The notes under the pieces were generated by a model. The model did no database searches and was not told where the DNA came from. It saw only the letters and a list, made by a program, of their open reading frames with translations. A DNA stretch of 34,794 nt from an uncultured Candidatus Saccharibacteria bacterium. GTDB lineage: Bacteria > Patescibacteriota > Saccharimonadia > Saccharimonadales > JALRHH01. Positions within the stretch are counted from its first letter, which is position 1, and each line of letters starts with the position of its first letter. A program made the translations under genes and the position numbers. Below, piece after piece: positions 23,160 to 31,348 of this stretch. Location of the stretch: assembly GCA_964638875.1 (NCBI GenBank), contig CAZXBL010000005.1, forward strand, positions 1-34,794. The letters are read 5' to 3'.

Positions 23160-25896
23160 GTTTGTAAGTCGCGCAGTCTTTTTTGTATTTGTATTTTCCC
23201 TCTTGGCACCAAGCAGAGCCCTGGCAGTCGAAAATGCTAATTGTAAAGATGTGGCAATAATCTTTGCAAGAGGCTCGGGGCAGAACCCGACAGGCGAGTT
23301 TATTAACGATCCTCTGGGTGATGATTTTAGGTTTGCTGAGAAAGAATCATACGCATTTTTCAAGAATCATACAGACCATCTCAGTAATGACTATCCGAAT
23401 ATTCCTTACAAGGCTGTTTCGATTCATGACTTTCCAGGCAAGTATGATCCGTTGGGTTACCAGGCAGTTGGGGTTGGGCTGGGAGAGATTGCAAATACAG
23501 CCAACGCGGATGCATCATGGGTGCCCGGTGATTATCAGGCCAGTGTGAAACACGGAGTCGCCGAAACGACAGGCTACCTAAGAGATCAGATCGCCACTTG
23601 TCCCAATCAGTACTTTATAGTGGGTGGTTACTCCCAAGGGGCACAGGTAATGGGCGAGAGCCTATTCCAATTAACCTCCGACGAAAGGTCAAAAATACTT
23701 GGGGTGGGCTTTTTTGGTGACCCAAAATATGTTGGCTCGACAGAAGGGGTGGGTGTAAAACCAGCCCTATCATTCCCGTGGCGTCGTGGAGAGGCAACTA
23801 ACAAAGATACAGGCATGCTCGAGCCACGCTTCCCGTATGTGCCAGTAGGGATAGAAATGCGTACGCTTAGCTGGTGCAACCGCCATGATATTGTTTGCGG
23901 AGGCTGGAGTGCATATAGAAAAAACAGCTCACACAGTGCTTATTCAGAAAGCTCGATCGGGTATGCCGTTAACGAACTGGTAACTATTGCAGCACCGCAA
24001 CTACTCGCGTTGGACAGAAAAACGGACGGCTCAGGCGTTCCACCAGTACAACTATCAAAAGCAGACAAGGATAGGGAACGCGACGTGATGTTTGTGATGA
24101 ACGATAATAGCAACAGCGATGTTCTAAATACTTTCAGGTATTCACTTGACCCCACGCTCGATCAATTCGTCAGGAATTTTACCGGGACTCGGTTTGCAGC
24201 GAAATCTTTTGGTGAGCATGACTATGGTTTTAGCGCCCCAAGGGTCGATAATATCCAATCATTCCTCCCTTATGCAGGTTTCAATCCTTCAAATCCTGTT
24301 TTTACTTCCAGTAATCTTACAAAATCTTTTGCAACAAAATACCCCTTTGGCCAGCCAATTATAGGGGGTGGAGATATAGAGGACCCCTACCAACTTGCCA
24401 TTGAACGCGCGGTTGTATCAACCGGCTGGCGCGATGACCTAAATGTTGAACGAAACATAGTTTTAATCACAGACAGACCACCAAAAGATCCGTATGAGTA
24501 CAACATCTGTAACGGTACTGTCAGGCAATGGATGCATTTTCCAGACACAAACGGGTATAAAAACTGCTACACCAATTACCACCGAGAAGTCTGGCAAAAA
24601 TCATTGTTACCAGAAACATGCGAAACAATCCTGAAAGTAATTATTGAAGACACGTGTACGAACCCGCTCATGTCGCCGCATTATGTGCAAATGAACAAGC
24701 GAACTCTAGAAGACGAAATCAAACTCGCTCAGGCATACCGCACCAAAATATCGATCGTCATCCCATATAAATTCGCCCAGGCGACACAGCTTGGAAACAA
24801 ACTTTCTGATGTTAGAGTTCGCGACAAACTACGCGGCATTGCAGAAGCCACTGGTGGCACGTTCGTCTATTACGACACCAAGACACAGTTCAATAGCACC
24901 TCGCTGTACGACACTTTGTGGCGTGTGTTCACCAAGCAGCCCCGTTCGCTGAGCACTGTGGCGGAAGGCGCCGTTGCACCGAAGGTTCTGGCGGTGCAGA
25001 CAAATACGCCAACGATATTTGACGTAAGTCGTTCCGGGGTTGTGGCATCGAACTATAAATGGGATTTTGACGATAACGGCACCTGGGATGAGGTAACCCA
25101 GGGACCAGTTACTCAGCACGAGTTCACATCACCGAACAAAGGCATACTTAGAGTGCAAGCAACTAGCGCCGGAGATGCTGTGCTGGGAGAAACAAGACAA
25201 ATATATACAGTGTCAGAGGGGGAGATGCCAACTATAGAAAAACCAAATTTGCCAGAAGGGATTACTGCGGCACAACAAGCGAACGGCACGGTTTTGCTCA
25301 AGTGGATACCCGAAGATACCAACCAAATCATCGTATTTGATTCCACAACGAACTTACCGGTCGGCTCAACGCCCCTAAAAAGTGGTTCGCTCACGCTCCC
25401 TTCGAGCTATGACAGTTTAGCCATCCGGGCGGTTAGTGACGCAGCAGCTAGTGACCCTGTCACGATTTCCGTTGTAACCTACACGGCTCCAATAGTAGAG
25501 GAAGAGCCATGCTGCGAACTACAAGAACCAAGCCCGGTACCAGAGGAACAACCTATTCTCCAAGGACTCGACGTGATCCCACCACAGGTTATTGAAGTAT
25601 CTGAAGAACCTCAGGCTGCACTTGTGGGGGTGAGTCCAGTTTTCCAACCTGCAACTATAACTACCACTAATTTCACGCAAAGAGCCTTTGCCGGAACTAT
25701 CCCAATTGCCGAAATCCCACAAGTGGCTGGTCTATCTGCTGACAAGCTACCGGCACAAACTTTCCAAACAGCGGGGCTTCCGCCCCAAAAGCCAACACCC
25801 AAATTAATTAATTGGTGGGTTCTCTGGGGAGTAGCAACCACAATCATATTCTTCATAGCTTACAGGGCGGCAAAGCGTAAGCAATTGCAGCAGTAA
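23116..25896 (+). CDS. Surface-anchored multi-domain protein: signal peptide, cutinase-type serine esterase, vWA domain, PKD domain, FN3-like domain, P/Q-rich stalk, C-terminal TM anchor
   Basis: Cutinase blocks are CKDVAIIFARGSGQNPTGE, the GGYSQGAQV nucleophile elbow, WCNRHDIVCGG and SHSAY. vWA blocks are VMNDNSNS (DxSxS), IVLITDRPP and IAEATGGTFVYY. The PKD block is YKWDFDDNGTWDE. The C-terminal anchor is WWVLWGVATTIIFFIAYRAAKRKQ. The start is GTG 23116 or GTG 23131. Confidence 0.8.
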   Translation: MVQRIVSASAAAPTRFVSRAVFFVFVFSLLAPSRALAVENANCKDVAIIFARGSGQNPTGEFINDPLGDDFRFAEKESYAFFKNHTDHLSNDYPNIPYKAVSIHDFPGKYDPLGYQAVGVGLGEIANTANADASWVPGDYQASVKHGVAETTGYLRDQIATCPNQYFIVGGYSQGAQVMGESLFQLTSDERSKILGVGFFGDPKYVGSTEGVGVKPALSFPWRRGEATNKDTGMLEPRFPYVPVGIEMRTLSWCNRHDIVCGGWSAYRKNSSHSAYSESSIGYAVNELVTIAAPQLLALDRKTDGSGVPPVQLSKADKDRERDVMFVMNDNSNSDVLNTFRYSLDPTLDQFVRNFTGTRFAAKSFGEHDYGFSAPRVDNIQSFLPYAGFNPSNPVFTSSNLTKSFATKYPFGQPIIGGGDIEDPYQLAIERAVVSTGWRDDLNVERNIVLITDRPPKDPYEYNICNGTVRQWMHFPDTNGYKNCYTNYHREVWQKSLLPETCETILKVIIEDTCTNPLMSPHYVQMNKRTLEDEIKLAQAYRTKISIVIPYKFAQATQLGNKLSDVRVRDKLRGIAEATGGTFVYYDTKTQFNSTSLYDTLWRVFTKQPRSLSTVAEGAVAPKVLAVQTNTPTIFDVSRSGVVASNYKWDFDDNGTWDEVTQGPVTQHEFTSPNKGILRVQATSAGDAVLGETRQIYTVSEGEMPTIEKPNLPEGITAAQQANGTVLLKWIPEDTNQIIVFDSTTNLPVGSTPLKSGSLTLPSSYDSLAIRAVSDAAASDPVTISVVTYTAPIVEEEPCCELQEPSPVPEEQPILQGLDVIPPQVIEVSEEPQAALVGVSPVFQPATITTTNFTQRAFAGTIPIAEIPQVAGLSADKLPAQTFQTAGLPPQKPTPKLINWWVLWGVATTIIFFIAYRAAKRKQLQQ

Positions 25897-25937
25897 CAAG
25901 AGTGATATATCCTTAGGTTACCTAATGAGGGCGTCAA

Positions 25938-26579
25938 ATGAAGAAGATTAACCAGGGTGGTTTCTTATCTTTTTTTGAAATAATGGTAATCCTTGTCGTT
26001 GCCACGTTGTGTTATGCGGGTTTCAAAGTGTACCAAAATGACAAGGCAGAGAAAGCTACATCAAGCAGCGAAACAACTAACTACGAAGGACAAACAAAAA
26101 CCTATACCGACACCGCCAAAAAGTTTACCTTTGAATACCCAATCACCTGGGAGGCATCCAATCCTGAACCAGGCGGGAGTGACTCTCTTGGTGACAAGCC
26201 AATAGCTATCACCGACTGGTCGGTCGTATCCCGAGACGTGCGCATAAAACCCTTGGAAGGCCAAAAGGACAACTACATCCGGATTACGCCGAATATAACA
26301 AAAGACTATGTAGCCGAGCAAAGAGCCCGCAAGGACCGGTTCCATACCCTCCTAGACGGCAAGATCAACAATTATGACACGCTTTACGACAAACTAGAGT
26401 TTAAGGGAGATGCCGAAAGTTACGTCGACCACACATACTACGTTCTACACGGTGAAACATACGTGATGTTCACATTCCGGGAAAACCACCACCATGACAT
26501 GAGCGGCACAAACTACGACGACAAACAAAACCTCCCAGGTTTCCAAGCCATAGTTAACTCAATAAAATTCACCAACTAA
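25938..26579 (+). CDS. Type IV pilin-like protein, paralogue 1 (atypical spacing of the conserved Glu)
   Basis: The sequence is MKKINQGG/FLSFFEIMVILVVATLCYAGFKVYQ. It has a short basic leader, Gly-Phe, Glu at +6 and a hydrophobic helix. The C-terminal globular part carries the FTFEYPITW motif. Confidence 0.65.
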   Translation: MKKINQGGFLSFFEIMVILVVATLCYAGFKVYQNDKAEKATSSSETTNYEGQTKTYTDTAKKFTFEYPITWEASNPEPGGSDSLGDKPIAITDWSVVSRDVRIKPLEGQKDNYIRITPNITKDYVAEQRARKDRFHTLLDGKINNYDTLYDKLEFKGDAESYVDHTYYVLHGETYVMFTFRENHHHDMSGTNYDDKQNLPGFQAIVNSIKFTN

Positions 26580-26654
26580 TACAGTCACCCAACAGCTGTA
26601 TTGTGTAGACCCTTTCGCTGGTATATGCTTAAGCTAACTAATAAAGGACACCAC

Positions 26655-27329
26655 ATGAAAAAGTTAAATCAAAAAGGTTTCACTGGGTTTGAAATAGCAC
26701 TATTAGTACTCGTCCTGGCGGCAATCGGATTCGCTGGCTATACGGTATATCAGAATCAAAAATCCAACGAAGCCCAAACTAGCACCGACAAAATTGCAGG
26801 TGTAGAGAAAAAAGATACCGAGGAAAAAGAGTCACCAAGGTGTGACGAGGGACTTAAAGAATTTAGTGATGAAAAAGTCGGAGTTAGATTCTGCTACCCA
26901 GAAAAATGGGGGCTAGAAATTGGACCTAATGTTGATTTCCTGACGAATAGGGTCTCGTTGACCAGCCCAGATTACCACGAAGACCCTGAAGCAAGTTTTG
27001 GGGGCAGTAAAACTGGGAGTGTGGTCTCTGTAATTATTTCTGACACTACCAATCCTGCGCATGATCGAGTAACGGTACAGAGTATTTTAGACGGTACCGA
27101 AAAAGGGAAGTTATATTACTCTGATGTTAGCCACGCTAAGGTAGCTGGTTATGACGGCGCCAAGTATATTGCAGGCTATGAGGGCCCACGGAGTTCGACA
27201 TATGCATTCGAGCATAACAAGAAAAAATACTCCCTAGGTATTAGTGAAGACATAGATGGACCTAATTTTAACGATAACCAAGCCGACTTCGAGAAGATAG
27301 TAAAGTCATTCCAACTGCTAAGCAACTAA
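26655..27329 (+). CDS. Type IV pilin-like protein, paralogue 2
   Basis: The sequence is MKKLNQKG/FTGFEIALLVLVLAAIGFAGYTVYQ, a class III signal with Glu at +5. AAAGGA lies upstream of ATG 26655. The upstream extension to 26601 in the ORF track is not pilin-like. The shared motif is RFCYPEKW. Confidence 0.7.
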   Translation: MKKLNQKGFTGFEIALLVLVLAAIGFAGYTVYQNQKSNEAQTSTDKIAGVEKKDTEEKESPRCDEGLKEFSDEKVGVRFCYPEKWGLEIGPNVDFLTNRVSLTSPDYHEDPEASFGGSKTGSVVSVIISDTTNPAHDRVTVQSILDGTEKGKLYYSDVSHAKVAGYDGAKYIAGYEGPRSSTYAFEHNKKKYSLGISEDIDGPNFNDNQADFEKIVKSFQLLSN

Positions 27330-27338
27330 GGAGCTCAC

Positions 27339-28022
27339 ATGAAAAAACTTAATCAAAAAGGTTTCTCGCCATTTGAAGTAGCACTTCTCATCCTAGTTCT
27401 AGCAGCACTAGGCTTTGCAGGTTTTACGGTGTACCAAAAGAACAGGCCGGAAGATCAGTCGCAAACTTCTATTGAAAAGCAATCAACCAGAACGCCTATA
27501 GAAAAACAGTCAGCAGAACAACAAATCGATGAGTACGCTGGCTGGAAGGAAGAGATAAATAACAAGTACAAGTTTAGCTACAAGTACCCTGCGAGCTCCG
27601 GTAAACTCACCTGGACAACCTTCGTGAGCGAGAACCCAGAAAGCAGCCAGGGTTATAAACTAGGTGATTATGTTAATGCCGCAGGGGTTGGGTTGGCTAT
27701 TTCTGATGTAAGGGGCACAGGTTTTCAACCTTTTACCTTTAGCATCGACAAAGTAGGTACTGTAGAGGACTTGGGTGGTTCCTGGGAGCAGAAAGTAGAT
27801 CCTAATTACTACACCCAAAAGTCGAAGACGACTGTGACAAAAAACAATATAAGCGGAACCCGGTGGGAATATAAATCGCTCAAAGAAGGGAACTCAGACT
27901 TTATACGCTACCGCTACATCAAAGGCGACCTTAGCTACTTTATGCTTATTGAGGGAGTGGCGGACGGAATTAACTTACTTGAACACGGGGAAAAGATCCA
28001 TAAATCCTTCACCTTTTTATAA
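27339..28022 (+). CDS. Type IV pilin-like protein, paralogue 3
   Basis: The sequence is MKKLNQKG/FSPFEVALLILVLAALGFAGFTVYQ. AAGGAG lies at 27328-27333. The shared motif is YKFSYKYP. Confidence 0.7.
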   Translation: MKKLNQKGFSPFEVALLILVLAALGFAGFTVYQKNRPEDQSQTSIEKQSTRTPIEKQSAEQQIDEYAGWKEEINNKYKFSYKYPASSGKLTWTTFVSENPESSQGYKLGDYVNAAGVGLAISDVRGTGFQPFTFSIDKVGTVEDLGGSWEQKVDPNYYTQKSKTTVTKNNISGTRWEYKSLKEGNSDFIRYRYIKGDLSYFMLIEGVADGINLLEHGEKIHKSFTFL

Positions 28023-28052
28023 CCTAACAACGCCCATATCATAGGAATTCAT

Positions 28053-28754
28053 ATGAAAAAACTCAACCAAAACGGCTTCTCGCCATTCGAAACTATATTA
28101 TTGGTTCTTGTTATAGTAGCTTTAGGATTCGCTGGTTATGTAGTTTATCAAAGAAGTAAAGACAGCCAGAACAACCAGCAAACTACAGTAGTGAAGAAAG
28201 AAACACCTACTGAAGAAAGTAAAGTGGAAGTCGACGAAGAAGCTCAAAAGTGGGAGTTAGTAACAAGCAGACAGAACGCCTTTAGCATTCGCATTCCTGA
28301 TGGGTGGAAAGTTGTGAATTATGGTCAATCTGACAATCTTCGTGCCAGTAGTGTGTCTTACAAAGCGGGCACTAAGGCACAGGTGGAAAACATAGAGTAT
28401 GCTTACGCCGGAGACAGTCCAGTAAGGTTCTCGGTGACACAGCTTAAAGATAACGAAAGATATTCGTCGGACGGCGCGTCCGGGACGCCCTTTAAACTTG
28501 GAGATATAACTGGAACCAAGTATTACAAGAAATACCCTGTTGAACCAGTAGAAGGGATTGGTCCACTGCCAGGCGAAGAAGCCTATACTTATGAGTTCAA
28601 GACATCCGGAAAGATTACCTTGGTCTCGTATGCCGTATACCATAAAAACCAATATTCAGAAGATTTCTTAAAAACAAACTACAACCAAGCAACCAGCGAT
28701 ATCAATCAGATTGAATTAGTTGAACGAGTAGTTAAAACATTGCAGATCAAATAA
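28053..28754 (+). CDS. Type IV pilin-like protein, paralogue 4
   Basis: The sequence is MKKLNQNG/FSPFETILLVLVIVALGFAGYVVYQ. The shared motif is FSIRIPDGW. Confidence 0.7.
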   Translation: MKKLNQNGFSPFETILLVLVIVALGFAGYVVYQRSKDSQNNQQTTVVKKETPTEESKVEVDEEAQKWELVTSRQNAFSIRIPDGWKVVNYGQSDNLRASSVSYKAGTKAQVENIEYAYAGDSPVRFSVTQLKDNERYSSDGASGTPFKLGDITGTKYYKKYPVEPVEGIGPLPGEEAYTYEFKTSGKITLVSYAVYHKNQYSEDFLKTNYNQATSDINQIELVERVVKTLQIK

Positions 28755-28760
28755 GAATTT

Positions 28761-29111
28761 CTAACTAACTGCCAGACGGTTCTGGAGGGCGGTTTGGTAA
28801 GCGGGGCTTGGTTCTACTAGGGCGTTATCAAGACGTGTAACAGCGATGCGGTCGACTAATTTGCCTCGGATGTTGAGTTTGTACGCGTCAACCTTAACGT
28901 CGTAGTCCTCAAGCTTTTGATTGAGGCGAGCGACAGTTTCTTTATGCAAAGACATAGTGAAAGGGGAAGCAAGGCCACGAGCTGGCATATCTGTAACGCC
29001 GTGTTCGACGTTGTGTAGGACTGCGCGCTTGATAGCACGTACCTGACGGGCGATTTTAAGCGCTGCAAGAGGGGAAGCGCTGTCTGAATTTTGTTCTGTT
29101 TGTTTTTGCAT
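28761..29111 (-). CDS. Hypothetical small protein (possible ribbon-helix-helix-like segment FTMSLHKETVARLNQKLEDY)
   Basis: The ORF has a strong promoter immediately upstream. ATG 29111 is preferred over TTG 29117 because TTG lies only 3 nt from the -10 hexamer. The functional call is weak. Confidence 0.5.
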   Translation of the reverse strand: MQKQTEQNSDSASPLAALKIARQVRAIKRAVLHNVEHGVTDMPARGLASPFTMSLHKETVARLNQKLEDYDVKVDAYKLNIRGKLVDRIAVTRLDNALVEPSPAYQTALQNRLAVS

Positions 29112-29120
29112 GACCAATAC

Positions 29121-29149
29121 ATATTAGCATAAGCTTTGTATTTTGTCAA
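29121..29149 (-). promoter_or_regulatory. Near-consensus sigma70 promoter (TTGACA-17-TAATAT) giving a leaderless or very short-leader mRNA
   Basis: Read on the minus strand, TTGACA corresponds to plus-strand 29144-29149. A 17-nt spacer follows, then TAATAT at plus-strand 29121-29126. ATG 29111 starts 10 nt after the -10 hexamer. Confidence 0.5.
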
Positions 29150-29174
29150 TAAGCTGTCACAAAGTATTGTTTTT

Positions 29175-30272
29175 CTACTGTATTGTGCTGTTATAAACCT
29201 GTAGGGTTTCTTCTGCCATCTTACGCCAAGAATATTGTTTTAGAACGTCCTGGCCTCTCTCAACGAGAGTGTCGGCGAGTTTCTTGTCCTCTATGACTGA
29301 CGTAGTCTTTTCTGCTATATCTTCAATAATAGTAGGGTCAAAGTACGCCGCCGCATCCTTGTATACCTCTGGTAAACAGGTCGCGCTGCTGCTGACTAGG
29401 GGGCAGTTGTACACCATTGCCTCAAGGCCGGGTAAACCAAAGCCTTCTGACAGGGAGGGAAGTACGTAGCATTCGGCGTTCTGATACAGCCACTTTAGCT
29501 GTGCGTCACTGATAAACCCCGGTACAATAATTGAATCTTTGGCGGGGCTGGCTGCGATCCAGCGATTGAGATCTTCCCGGAATATGCCACTGATCTTCCC
29601 TGGCAACACTAACTGTAGTTCATGTTGTGAAGTTTTGAGTATTTCAAAAGCTTTGATTAGCCGTTCGATATTTTTATGCGGCAATGGCTGGCCGACATGG
29701 AATATGAATGGTTTGCTAACACCGCTTAACGGCTCAGCTGGTCCGTCAGCCGCTGGTTCGGCCGATTCGTATGTTCTGACGATTTTGTCTTTAGTAAATG
29801 GCTGGTATTTGGCTAGGTCTGCGGCAACATAATCTGTCGGTACAATAATTTTCTTAGATTTACGATGTGACCACCACAGTAAGAACCGGTATAAACTCAT
29901 GCCAATTATGTGAAGCCAAGGTGGAAAACGGCTTGGGCGGGTGTGGTGCAGCATGGTGAGATCATGCGTAGTCGTGACGATGTTGCCAAAATACAGCACT
30001 GGCTGCTGGGTCATAGTGAAGTGGACGAGGTTCGGCTTTAGTCGATACAGCCGCCATGCAAATGAGATCTGCTCGAGTGGGTTAAATGAAAACTGCTTAA
30101 ATCTACAACTCTGGGTAGAGAAATTTTGGTTGGTTGGCTGCCAGTTATCATCGGGTTTTACTAGGATGGTGTAAGTGTTATCTGTGTCTATTGTCTGGAG
30201 GTGTTCTATCAATCTGTCGGTATAACGACCTGTACTTGCCCGTCTGTTTCTGGCATCAATGACAATATGCAT
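29175..30272 (-). CDS. Glycosyltransferase, GT-B fold, family 4 (GT1-type)
   Basis: The EX7E region is LPSLSEGFGLPGLEAMVYNCPLVSS. The length of 365 aa is typical of the family. Confidence 0.85.
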   Translation of the reverse strand: MHIVIDARNRRASTGRYTDRLIEHLQTIDTDNTYTILVKPDDNWQPTNQNFSTQSCRFKQFSFNPLEQISFAWRLYRLKPNLVHFTMTQQPVLYFGNIVTTTHDLTMLHHTRPSRFPPWLHIIGMSLYRFLLWWSHRKSKKIIVPTDYVAADLAKYQPFTKDKIVRTYESAEPAADGPAEPLSGVSKPFIFHVGQPLPHKNIERLIKAFEILKTSQHELQLVLPGKISGIFREDLNRWIAASPAKDSIIVPGFISDAQLKWLYQNAECYVLPSLSEGFGLPGLEAMVYNCPLVSSSATCLPEVYKDAAAYFDPTIIEDIAEKTTSVIEDKKLADTLVERGQDVLKQYSWRKMAEETLQVYNSTIQ

Positions 30273-30336
30273 AGATATAGTTTACAGCAGCAGCAATCTT
30301 AATAAGAGGATACAATTAAATGAGTTTTTGACTGAA

Positions 30337-31209
30337 CTATTTCTGAACAACCATATCTACGAACGGATAACCAAGGTTGTTTGTAACCAACTGATAGTTC
30401 CCAGACTTATCGTAAGCTTTAGCAAACCAGCGGTAAGTTCCTGCTGGGTAGCTTGCTAGTAGCCAGTCATATTGGTATAACGTACCAGCATAAGCCTTGG
30501 TCTGGGTAAATTTTAGACTAGTTGCTGAGGTGTTATTTAAGTACCACTCTACCTTTGATGCGGCGTCTATCTGGCTTATGTTTAATCCTACATAGGCTGT
30601 ACCTTGAGTTGGCACCCAAGTAGTCATGTGGTTTTGGGTAAATCGACCAGACACTTTCCCTTGGACATTATTGTTAACAATCATATCGACATAAGGGACG
30701 CGCGGTGCACTTTGGGCTAAACGGTAGTTCCCCTTTGTGTCGTATACTTTTACAATCCATCTGTAGGGTCCTGAGACAAGCGATTTTATAGGCCAATCAT
30801 ACTGATATAAATTTCCTACTCGTGGGGAGGTTTGAGTATGTGCAAGTGATCCCGTCTTTGTGTTATTTAAGTACCACTCTACTTTTTTAACGCTCTTCAC
30901 TTTAGTAGGATCAACGTTGATACCTACATAGGCTACGGTCTGGCCATTTGGCCAACTAGCAGGATTAGACTGGGAGAATGTTGCAGTGACAGTCCCAGGA
31001 GTTCTTTGCGTCTCAGCTTCCAGGAGCATGTTTACGTCGGAATCGACTGCCTTAGGGGCTTGGACACTGCTATTCTCCACCTGGACTTGATTTTGTGGTG
31101 TAGCAGCAAAAACTCGAAAGGCGGTGTATCCTATCGCTGCTGTCACGAGAGAAAAAATTAGTAATGAGCCTAGGTGCATTATGCCATGTTCGTTTGTAAT
31201 ACTTTTCAT
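30337..31209 (-). CDS. Secreted or anchored protein with two tandem Ig-like (Big_7-type) repeats
   Basis: The N-terminal hydrophobic segment is LGSLLIFSLVTAAIGYTAF. Two units of about 110 aa each contain VEWYLNNT..., LYQYDW, G(P/T)YRW, K(V/A)YD.(K/S)GNY and VDM(I/V)V. Confidence 0.7.
   Translation of the reverse strand: MKSITNEHGIMHLGSLLIFSLVTAAIGYTAFRVFAATPQNQVQVENSSVQAPKAVDSDVNMLLEAETQRTPGTVTATFSQSNPASWPNGQTVAYVGINVDPTKVKSVKKVEWYLNNTKTGSLAHTQTSPRVGNLYQYDWPIKSLVSGPYRWIVKVYDTKGNYRLAQSAPRVPYVDMIVNNNVQGKVSGRFTQNHMTTWVPTQGTAYVGLNISQIDAASKVEWYLNNTSATSLKFTQTKAYAGTLYQYDWLLASYPAGTYRWFAKAYDKSGNYQLVTNNLGYPFVDMVVQK
30530..30882. repeat. Intragenic direct duplication (exact 23-nt core GTGTTATTTAAGTACCACTCTAC at 30530-30552 and 30860-30882, 330 nt apart)
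   Basis: The exact 23-mer is seen twice, offset by 110 codons. It corresponds to the VEWYLNNT motif of the two Ig-like repeats. Confidence 0.9.
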
Positions 31210-31307
31210 TATGTTTATCCTTTTAAATATATAGTCTTATATTAATCCAAACTTGATAAATATACACCATTGGATATCTTCATAACACAAGAGACTTCCA
31301 GGTGGAA

Positions 31308-31335
31308 ATGACAAAGCATGGCGTTTCAGTATAAA
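31308..31335 (+). promoter_or_regulatory. Sigma70-like promoter (ATGACA-16-TATAAA) upstream of the O-antigen-ligase-like gene
   Basis: ATGACA lies at 31308-31313 and TATAAA at 31330-31335. TTG 31340 would lie at or before the expected transcription start, which favours ATG 31349 on a short SD-less leader. Confidence 0.4.
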
Positions 31336-31348
31336 ATACTTGCAAACA

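Noticed and set aside
26601-26654. Upstream extension of pilin paralogue 2 (MCRPFRWYMLKLTNKGHH...).
   Set aside because: All four paralogues align from MKK(L/I)NQ. ATG 26655 has an AAAGGA site upstream, and the extension would bury the class III signal peptide.
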